Shown: positions 25,907-32,991 of the stretch, piece by piece | Layout: every line of letters begins with the position of its first letter | Numbering within the stretch: position 1 is the first letter of the stretch | Assembly (NCBI GenBank): GCA_902797315.1 | Contig: CADBSM010000046.1 | Location: 1 to 32,991 of the forward strand | Source: an uncultured Pseudomonadota bacterium | GTDB taxonomy: Bacteria; Pseudomonadota; Alphaproteobacteria; RF32; CAG-239 | Direction of reading: 5' to 3' | Length of the DNA stretch: 32,991 nucleotides | Translations under genes and position numbers: made by a program | Notes under the pieces: model-generated | Seen by the model: the letters and a program-made list of their open reading frames with translations, nothing else | What the model was told of the DNA's origin: nothing | Database searches by the model: none

Positions 25907-26872
25907 ATGAAACAGTTATCAGTTATTGGCTGCGGTAGATGGGGAACTTTCCTTGGGTGGTATGCTGCAAATTATTGCGTTGACAAAGTGATGCTATATG
26001 ATATTCCGACATCTCCTAATTTTTTAGAACTGAAAGATACACGCAAAAATTCCTATTTGACTTTAAGCGATAATATGCATTTAACGCCAGATTTGAATGA
26101 AATTTTCAAAAACGATAACATAATCATTTCAATTGGTGCACAGCATTTACGTTCTCTTGCCAAACAAATTAATCAATACAATTTATCCGGCAAGCATTTT
26201 TTGCTGGCGATGAAAGGTCTTGAGCAGCCTAATGCTAAAATTTTGGTTGATGTGATGGCTGAAGAAATAACTCAAGATGATGTACATGTCGCCTGTTTGG
26301 GTGGTCCGGGGCATGTTCAGGATTATTTAAAAGGTGTTCCATCATGTGCCGTTATAGACAGCTATGAAGAAGAAGAAAAAAAACATTGGATTGACTTAAT
26401 GCAAAGTGAACTTATTCGTTTTTATTATGGAAGTGATGTTGTTGGCAATCAAATCGGTGCGGCTTTGAAAAATGTCATTGGTATTGCGGCAGGCATTTTA
26501 GACGGTTTGGAATGGTATGGTTTGAAAGGCGGTTTGATGGCACGTGCACCGGTTGAGGTCGGACGTTTAATCAAACATTTTGGCGGCAATCCGATGACGG
26601 CATATGGTTTAGCCCATTTAGGTGACTATGAAGCTACTCTCTTTTCTAAAAACAGTCATAATAGGTTGTATGGAGAATTGCTTGCCAAAGGTGAAAAATC
26701 TTCAAAATCGGCTGAGGGTCCGGATACCTTAAAGGCAGTTAAATTTATTGCAGATAAAGAAGGAATTGATATGCCGATTTGTCAGGCTCTTTATAAAGTT
26801 GTGTTTGAAGATGCGCCTATCAAAGAAACTATTAGATCAATGTTTGAACGTGAGGCAAAAAGCGAATTTTAA
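25907..26872 (+). CDS. gpsA: NAD(P)H-dependent glycerol-3-phosphate dehydrogenase
   Basis: Rossmann motif VIGCGRWG, MKGLE, LGGPGH, GAALKNVIGIAAG, GLAHLGD, SHNR and DMPIC. Confidence 0.9.
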   Translation: MKQLSVIGCGRWGTFLGWYAANYCVDKVMLYDIPTSPNFLELKDTRKNSYLTLSDNMHLTPDLNEIFKNDNIIISIGAQHLRSLAKQINQYNLSGKHFLLAMKGLEQPNAKILVDVMAEEITQDDVHVACLGGPGHVQDYLKGVPSCAVIDSYEEEEKKHWIDLMQSELIRFYYGSDVVGNQIGAALKNVIGIAAGILDGLEWYGLKGGLMARAPVEVGRLIKHFGGNPMTAYGLAHLGDYEATLFSKNSHNRLYGELLAKGEKSSKSAEGPDTLKAVKFIADKEGIDMPICQALYKVVFEDAPIKETIRSMFEREAKSEF

Positions 26873-26889
26873 GTTGAGTGATATTTAAA

Positions 26890-26938
26890 AAAATTAAATT
26901 CCCTTTAAGATGACATTCTTGAAAGGGAATTTAATTTT
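26890..26938. terminator. Bidirectional terminator between gpsA and polA
   Basis: AAAATTAAATTCCCTTT (26890-26906) and AAAGGGAATTTAATTTT (26922-26938): 17-bp inverted repeat that extends by AAGA/TCTT pairing. Confidence 0.8.
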
Positions 26939-26946
26939 GGGTGTTT

Positions 26947-29694
26947 TTAGTGTGCTTCTTTCCAGTTGTCTCCAATGCCAACTTCGGCAATAAAAGGAAT
27001 ATCAAAAGAAACGACACTTTCCATGGCTTTTTTGACAAGCTCTTGGACAAGATCAATTTCTTGGATGGGAACTTCAAAAATGAGCTCGTCATGTACTTGT
27101 AAAAGCAACTTTGTTTGCAGATTGTTTTGCCTTAAAAGATAATCAATCTTTCGCATGGCAAGCTTAATAATGTCAGAAGCACCACCTTGTATCGGAGCAT
27201 TAATGGCAGCTCTTTGTGCAAAAGAGACAATACGTTTGTTTTGATCATTAATACCAGAAATAGAGCATTTGCGTCCAAATGGGGTGATGACATAACCATT
27301 TTGATGAGCAAAATCAATTGTTTGTAGCATATATGTTTTAATTTCGGGCATCACGTTAAAATATGAATCAATATATTTCTTTGCCTCATCGTTTGAAATA
27401 TTGAGTTGTCTTGCCAATCCATACTGCGAAATGCCATAAACAATCCCAAAATTGATGGCTTTGGCATCTCTTCTTTTGGCAGAATCCACTTGTTCAAGCG
27501 GAATATGAAAAACGCGGCTTGCAGTAGAGGCATGAATATCAACACCATTTCTGAAAGCCTCTTTTAAGGCTTTAACATCAGCAACCTCAGCTAAAAGCCT
27601 AAGCTCAACCTGACTGTAGTCGGCAGAAAGTATTTTAAATCCTTTTTTGGCTACAAAAGCTTGTCGAATTTTTTGTCCGTCTTCAGTTCGAATAGGGATG
27701 TTTTGTAAATTCGGGTTGGAAGAAGCTAAGCGTCCAGTGTTAACCACTGTCTGAGAAAAAGTTGTGTGCACACGGTTTTGAAAGTCTGCATCAGCTAAAA
27801 GGGCTGATGTATAAGTTGATTTGAGCTTTTGATAAGCTCGCCATTGTAAAATTTTTTTAGGCAGATCATGCTCTAAAGCCAGAGTTTCTAAAACGTCAGC
27901 TCCTGTCTGAAAACTGCCTGATGCATTTCTTTTACCTTTGATTCCCATTTTCACAAATAAAACTTCTCCAATCTGTTTTGGTGAGGCAAGGTTAAATTCA
28001 ACACCGGCTAAGTCATAAATTTGCCTTTCAAGAGCAAGCATCTGATTTTCAAATTCATTATCTAGAGAAGCGAGTGCTTGAGCATCAAGCATAATACCTT
28101 CTTGTTCCATTTTTTGTAAAATACCTACAAGAGGTCTGTCAAAATTTTCATAGAGAGCAAGTTTCTTTTCTTTGAGTAAACGTTCTTTCAATAAATTGTA
28201 AAGACGCAAGGTTACATCAGCATCTTCCGCAGCATATTCACATGCTTTATCAAGTTCAACATCATCAAAGGTGATTTTGTTTTTGCCAGAGCCACAAACA
28301 TCTTCATATTTGATGGTTTGATAGCCTAAAAAAAGATCTGCAAGTTCGTCCATGCCATGACCGTGTTCAGAACTATCCAAAACATAGCTCATCACAGCCG
28401 TATCTTCATAGGGTGAAATATTGACTTCTTTGCCGACAATTTGAGCTAAAAAATGCATATCAAACTTAATGTTGTGTCCGATTTTTAAAATCGACTCATT
28501 TTCTAGCAGCGGTTTCAGGTATTTTTTGGCTGTTGTGAGCGAAATTTGTTTAGGAGTTGCCGGCAAATTTGAAAACAAATCAGCATTTTGTTTTTTGAAA
28601 CCATGGTTGAGCGGCACATAGCAAGCCTTGCCTTCCTCATAAGCCATTGAAAAACCGACAATTTTATCTTTAAAGGGGTTGAGTCCTGTCGTTTCAGTGT
28701 CAATGGCAAAGTGAGAAGTTTTTTCAATTTTAGCAACAAATTGGGCTAATGATTCTTCGTCTTGAATCAACAGATATTCTTTTTTTATTTCTTTTGATGG
28801 TTGATTGGCAAAATCAGTTATTGAAGCACATTGTTCTTCAACCCATTTTTCAGCTCTGGCTTTTAGGCTTTTGAGGGCATATTTGTCGATAAATTTTAAG
28901 ACCTTTTCTTTTTCGGGTGCACGGCAGATAAATTCATCAATATCATTTTGAACAGGCACATCTTGTTTTAAGGTTACAAGCTGCTTTGAAATTTTTGCAT
29001 TTTCAATATTAGCAAGTATTGTTTCGCGGCGTTTGTTTTGTTTAATTTCAGAAGCATTTTCTAAAACGGCCTCTAAACTGCCGAAAGTATTGACTAACTC
29101 GGCAGCTGTTTTCGGTCCTATGCCTGGAACTCCCGGAACATTGTCAATAGAATCTCCTGACAATGCCTGAACATCGACAACTTTTTCGGGGAAAACGCCA
29201 AATTTTTCCTTAACATCATCTTTTGTAAAGAACTTATCTTTCATACTGTCATAATATTCAACACCGGGTTTTATAAGTTGCATTAAATCTTTGTCTGCAG
29301 AAACAACAACAGCTTCATAGCCTTTTTTTAAGGCGAGATTAGCGTAGGTTGCAATCAAATCATCAGCCTCATAGCCTTCCATTTCTAAAAAATTGATGTT
29401 TAAAACATTGACAGCTTCTCTGATAATCGGAAATTGAGGAATAAGCTCAGGAGGTGTTTCTTTGCGTGTGCCTTTATAGTCTTTGAAGATGTCATTCCTA
29501 AAGTTTTGGCGTTTGGCATCAAATAAAACAAGACACAAATCACAATCAATTTTGCTTTTAAGTCTCATAAACATATTCATAAAACCTAAAACAGCATTAA
29601 CGGGGATACCTTCGGGCGATGTTAAAACAGGCAAAGCATAAAATGCTCTAAAAATGTAGCCGGATCCGTCAATTAAGCATATTTTTTTGGTCAT
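26947..29694 (-). CDS. polA: DNA polymerase I
   Basis: 5'-3' exonuclease (LIDGSGYIFRAFYA, EADD), intact 3'-5' exonuclease (AIDTETTG, HNIKFD, YAAEDAD), and polymerase motifs ADYSQVELR, AKAINFGIVYG and QVHDEL. Confidence 0.98.
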   Translation of the reverse strand: MTKKICLIDGSGYIFRAFYALPVLTSPEGIPVNAVLGFMNMFMRLKSKIDCDLCLVLFDAKRQNFRNDIFKDYKGTRKETPPELIPQFPIIREAVNVLNINFLEMEGYEADDLIATYANLALKKGYEAVVVSADKDLMQLIKPGVEYYDSMKDKFFTKDDVKEKFGVFPEKVVDVQALSGDSIDNVPGVPGIGPKTAAELVNTFGSLEAVLENASEIKQNKRRETILANIENAKISKQLVTLKQDVPVQNDIDEFICRAPEKEKVLKFIDKYALKSLKARAEKWVEEQCASITDFANQPSKEIKKEYLLIQDEESLAQFVAKIEKTSHFAIDTETTGLNPFKDKIVGFSMAYEEGKACYVPLNHGFKKQNADLFSNLPATPKQISLTTAKKYLKPLLENESILKIGHNIKFDMHFLAQIVGKEVNISPYEDTAVMSYVLDSSEHGHGMDELADLFLGYQTIKYEDVCGSGKNKITFDDVELDKACEYAAEDADVTLRLYNLLKERLLKEKKLALYENFDRPLVGILQKMEQEGIMLDAQALASLDNEFENQMLALERQIYDLAGVEFNLASPKQIGEVLFVKMGIKGKRNASGSFQTGADVLETLALEHDLPKKILQWRAYQKLKSTYTSALLADADFQNRVHTTFSQTVVNTGRLASSNPNLQNIPIRTEDGQKIRQAFVAKKGFKILSADYSQVELRLLAEVADVKALKEAFRNGVDIHASTASRVFHIPLEQVDSAKRRDAKAINFGIVYGISQYGLARQLNISNDEAKKYIDSYFNVMPEIKTYMLQTIDFAHQNGYVITPFGRKCSISGINDQNKRIVSFAQRAAINAPIQGGASDIIKLAMRKIDYLLRQNNLQTKLLLQVHDELIFEVPIQEIDLVQELVKKAMESVVSFDIPFIAEVGIGDNWKEAH

Positions 29695-29818
29695 TTGATT
29701 TTCTTTCTCAAGACAAATTATTTTAAAGACAATATATCCAATCTTTTCCTTTTCGCCAAGATATAAAAAAAATATTAAGATATTTATTTTATATTATTTT
29801 CCAATTGATGGAGGAAAA

Positions 29819-31627
29819 ATGGTTCAGAAAAAGAAAAAAACGTCAAAAAAAGCAGTTAAAACACGAAAGAAAAAACACAAAAAATCATTGAGGCATTTTT
29901 TGTTTAAGTTTGTTTTCATTTTGGGCTTTTTTGTATCTTTTCTTGTTGGTGTTTACGTGTTGTATTGTTATTGGAGCTTGCCCGACGTTGATGTCGCTAT
30001 TTCAAAGACAAGGCAGCCATCAACAACAATTATTGCTGAAAACGGCAATGAAATTCACACATTCGGCAATAGCTTCTCTGAGGTTATTTATCTTAAAGAT
30101 TTGCCTTATTATGTACCTGCGGCAATTGTTGATGTTGAAGACAGACGATATTATTCTCACTTTGGTTTTGATGTTATAGGTTTTGTACGCGCCATGATAA
30201 CGAATGTGTTTAAAAAACGCTATGCTCAAGGGGCGTCAACCATTACGCAACAGGTGGCAAAAAATTTGTTTTTAACACCTCAAAAGAACTTAAAACGCAA
30301 AGTACAAGAGTTGTTGCTTGCTTTTTGGCTTGAAAAAAAATTCAGCAAAGAGCAAATTTTAACACTTTATCTTAATCGTGTCTATTTTGGATCGGGCGCA
30401 TATGGTATTGAGGCCGCGTCGAACAGATATTTTGGTAAAAGCTCAAGAGATTTAAGCTTAAAAGAAGCGGCAATTTTAGCGGGCATGCTTAAAGCACCGG
30501 CTCGGTATAATCCGATTTATAGCAAAAAGAATGCTTTAGAACGTGCCGAAGTTGTGCTTCAATTAATGCATCAACATGGGACAATTACGCAAACAGAATT
30601 AACGCGCGCTAAAAATGAAAACTTGCATGATACAACAAAATATAAAGTTGAAGGAGCACGCCATTTTGCTGATATGGTCTATCAAGAGGTTAACGCCTAC
30701 ATAGGAGAACGTGATGATGATATTTATGTCAGCACGACCCTTGATCAAGATTTGCAGCAAAAAGCTGAATGGATTCTAAGAGATAGTGTTCGATCCCAAA
30801 GCAAAAACAATGTGACGGAAGGCGCTCTTGTTATTTTAGATTATAGCGGCGCTATTAAAGCGTTGGTCGGTGGCGTTGATTATTCCAAGAGCCAGTTTAA
30901 CAGAGCAGAACAAGCTTTAAGACAATCCGGTTCGGCTTTTAAAACATTTGTTTATTTAACAGCGATTGAAAAAGGTTTTTCGTCCTCTGATATCATTTCA
31001 GATACGCCAATTAAAATAGGCTCCTGGAAGCCTGAAAACTATAATAAAAAATATTATGGCGATGTAACGCTTGATTTTGCCTTTTCAAATTCTTTGAATT
31101 TAGCAACCGTTCATCTGGCGCAAAAACTCAACATGAATGATATTATTCGAAATGCTCAAAGAATGGGTATTACAACAAGCTTAAAAAAATTGCCAGCCTT
31201 AGCTTTGGGTGTTAATGAGGTCAAAGTTCTTGATATGGCAGCTGCATATTTGAGCATAGCCAATGGTGGGTATGCCGCCTGGCCATATGCTATTTCTGAA
31301 GTTTATTCTAAAGATGGACACCAACTTTATGCTCGTTCCGAAGACGAGCCTATGCGCATTATTGATCAAAACACCATTGATGAGATAACAAAAATGCTTG
31401 AACATGTTGTTTCAAACGGCACAGGAAAAAATGCGAAAGTTTCAGGCTTTGTTGCTGGAAAAACGGGTACATCTCAAGATTTTAGAGACGCATGGTTTGT
31501 TGGTTTTACCAAAAAGTATGTTATTGCCATTTGGGTTGGAAATGATGATAATTCACCGATGAAAAATGTTTCGGGAGGTACTCTGCCGGCTTCCATTTTT
31601 AAAAAGATTATTTTAACGACAATGTAA
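29819..31627 (+). CDS. Class A (PBP1A family) penicillin-binding protein
   Basis: Basic N-terminus and TM helix; transglycosylase motifs EDRRYYSHFG, GASTITQQVAKN, RKVQE; transpeptidase motifs SAFK, SLN, KTGT. Confidence 0.95.
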   Translation: MVQKKKKTSKKAVKTRKKKHKKSLRHFLFKFVFILGFFVSFLVGVYVLYCYWSLPDVDVAISKTRQPSTTIIAENGNEIHTFGNSFSEVIYLKDLPYYVPAAIVDVEDRRYYSHFGFDVIGFVRAMITNVFKKRYAQGASTITQQVAKNLFLTPQKNLKRKVQELLLAFWLEKKFSKEQILTLYLNRVYFGSGAYGIEAASNRYFGKSSRDLSLKEAAILAGMLKAPARYNPIYSKKNALERAEVVLQLMHQHGTITQTELTRAKNENLHDTTKYKVEGARHFADMVYQEVNAYIGERDDDIYVSTTLDQDLQQKAEWILRDSVRSQSKNNVTEGALVILDYSGAIKALVGGVDYSKSQFNRAEQALRQSGSAFKTFVYLTAIEKGFSSSDIISDTPIKIGSWKPENYNKKYYGDVTLDFAFSNSLNLATVHLAQKLNMNDIIRNAQRMGITTSLKKLPALALGVNEVKVLDMAAAYLSIANGGYAAWPYAISEVYSKDGHQLYARSEDEPMRIIDQNTIDEITKMLEHVVSNGTGKNAKVSGFVAGKTGTSQDFRDAWFVGFTKKYVIAIWVGNDDNSPMKNVSGGTLPASIFKKIILTTM

Positions 31628-31701
31628 GCATAATATTTTTTAATTGAAATTATTTTAAAACAATGTATACTAAAATTAGTTCTGTATTGAGGAGATTAAA
31701 A

Positions 31702-32166
31702 ATGAAAAAAATGATACTTTTGGCGTTCATCTGTTCAAGCTTTTTAGCCGGATCTGTTTTTGCAGGGGTTACTTTTTTACCTGCTGAAGGCTCAAGTGTC
31801 GGCACAGCTGGTTCAAGTACGGGAAATGATGCCTCTCAAGGTAATGATGCCGCTCAGGAAGATGAGCAAGTAACAAATGGAAAGAAATGTGAAGCTGCTG
31901 GATATACTATACGCACTTATAAAATGTCTGAATGTAATCATATACCTCCTGGGACATCACCAGGGCTGGAAACATGTCCGTATAAAGACGGTTATTATAA
32001 ATGTGTATATAAACCTTTAAGAGGCTCCTACTATTGCGCCCAACAAGGATATCATGACTCGTGCGCTAAGTGTGGAGGTAAGAAGCATGTGTGTCCTTAT
32101 GATGAATCTTATTGCTATTGTGAACCAATCGTCCTAGAACCGCTTCCGGAAATTCCTATCGACTAA
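31702..32166 (+). CDS. Secreted Cys-rich hypothetical protein with two CxxxGY...CPY modules
   Basis: GAGGAG RBS; signal peptide MKKMILLAFICSSFLAGSVFA; 10 Cys in the mature region; upstream TTGAAA-N16-TATACT. Confidence 0.8.
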   Translation: MKKMILLAFICSSFLAGSVFAGVTFLPAEGSSVGTAGSSTGNDASQGNDAAQEDEQVTNGKKCEAAGYTIRTYKMSECNHIPPGTSPGLETCPYKDGYYKCVYKPLRGSYYCAQQGYHDSCAKCGGKKHVCPYDESYCYCEPIVLEPLPEIPID

Positions 32167-32189
32167 TCATTTGAAGTAGTTTTCATATA

Positions 32190-32630
32190 TTACTCACGGT
32201 GATAAGGGTGTCCGCTTAGTATTGTCTGAATGCGATAGATTTGTTCGCTTAAAACAGCGCGAATAAGCATATGTGGCATAGTTAATTTTCCAAAAGAGAG
32301 CAGCAAGTCTGCTCTTTTTCTGACTCTATCCAAATGTCCATCAGCCCCGCCGATTAAAAAACAAATTTCGGAAATACCTTCATTCTGCCAGTTTTTCACT
32401 TTTGAGGCAAGGTCAATGCTTTTCATGTTTTCACCGCGCTCATCAAGCACAATCACTTTGGCATTCGGCGCAATATTTTGCAGCAAAAAATCTGCCTCTT
32501 TTTCTTGTGTTGAGTTGTCGTGTTCTTTGATGATTAAGTTCCACGAAAGACGTTTTTGATATTGGTCAATCAGAAGTTGTTCGGGCGAGCCTTTTTTGCA
32601 TTTGCCTATGGCTAAAATATATATTTTCAT
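32190..32630 (-). CDS. rlmH: 23S rRNA (pseudouridine1915-N3)-methyltransferase RlmH
   Basis: LDERG, FLIGGADG, SFGKLTMPH, EQIYR and GHPYHRE. Confidence 0.96.
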   Translation of the reverse strand: MKIYILAIGKCKKGSPEQLLIDQYQKRLSWNLIIKEHDNSTQEKEADFLLQNIAPNAKVIVLDERGENMKSIDLASKVKNWQNEGISEICFLIGGADGHLDRVRKRADLLLSFGKLTMPHMLIRAVLSEQIYRIQTILSGHPYHRE

Positions 32631-32991
32631 TTTTGACCTGCCAGTTGCTCTAAAAATTTAATTTGAATGTCTGCAATTTGTTTCACACTTTCCAATTCGA
32701 CATATTCATTTAAGGCATGCATACCTTCGCCTGTTCCTGAGTGCATAATCACGACAGAACCGCGTTCATAAAAGGCTCTTGAATCAGTGGCACCGCCAAT
32801 ATATTCAAAATCAATTTTCTGATTAAGCGTTTTTTCGGCCAAAGTCTTGTAGGCAAGTACTTTGGGATTATCTTCGCTGACAACGACAGGAATACTTTGC
32901 ATCACAACCTCAAAAGTGACACCTTCAGCCATTAAGGGCGTTAGTCTATTTTTTAAATCATTGAGGCTTGATTTTTCGGTTAATCTAAAAT
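32627..32991 (-). CDS. M20 family (ArgE/DapE-like) metallopeptidase, C-terminal part (5'-partial)
   Basis: Frame is open to the window end (..FRLTEKSSLNDLKNRLTPLMAEG..); GGATDSRAF and GMHALNEYV are M20 C-terminal motifs; ATGA overlap with rlmH. Confidence 0.85.
   Translation of the reverse strand, partial: FRLTEKSSLNDLKNRLTPLMAEGVTFEVVMQSIPVVVSEDNPKVLAYKTLAEKTLNQKIDFEYIGGATDSRAFYERGSVVIMHSGTGEGMHALNEYVELESVKQIADIQIKFLEQLAGQK

Noticed and set aside
1-32991. CRISPR arrays, tRNA/rRNA genes, IS elements, prophage or known defence genes
   Set aside because: No repeat-spacer pattern, cloverleaf, transposase, integrase or phage structural ORF was seen, and the intergenic gaps are short.

Overview
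AT-rich (about 35% GC by eye) chromosomal window from an alphaproteobacterium, judged from gcrA, a TipN/GPR-like polar protein, the secB/tim44-mltA-smr cluster, rpoZ-spoT-DUF2062, carD and an RpoH-type dnaK promoter. It resembles a genome-reduced, possibly host-associated lineage (inference). Most of it is housekeeping: trkA, dusB, lptG, cysK, gmk, yicC, an SDR, smr, mltA, tim44, secB, trmL, carD, aas, gcrA, rpoZ, spoT, dnaK, gpsA, polA, a class A PBP, rlmH and a partial M20 peptidase. I found no rRNA, tRNA, CRISPR array, integrase or transposase. The most interesting parts are: (1) a small accessory patch between dnaK and gpsA (about 24.6-25.9 kb) holding an unannotated 39-aa Ser/Lys-rich CxC peptide gene with its own RBS and terminator, a ~50% GC membrane-protein gene, a possible 24-aa hydrophobic/basic peptide, and an ORF with a 17-A tract; (2) a 5'-truncated ORF with ADP-ribosyltransferase-like motifs converging on a stand-alone TrpF-like TIM barrel; (3) a secreted protein with a duplicated Cys-rich module and a chagasin-family lipoprotein; and (4) collapsed conserved operons (dusB joined directly to trkA, orphan lptG, dnaK without dnaJ). 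No clear-cut new multi-gene system can be established from the sequence alone.
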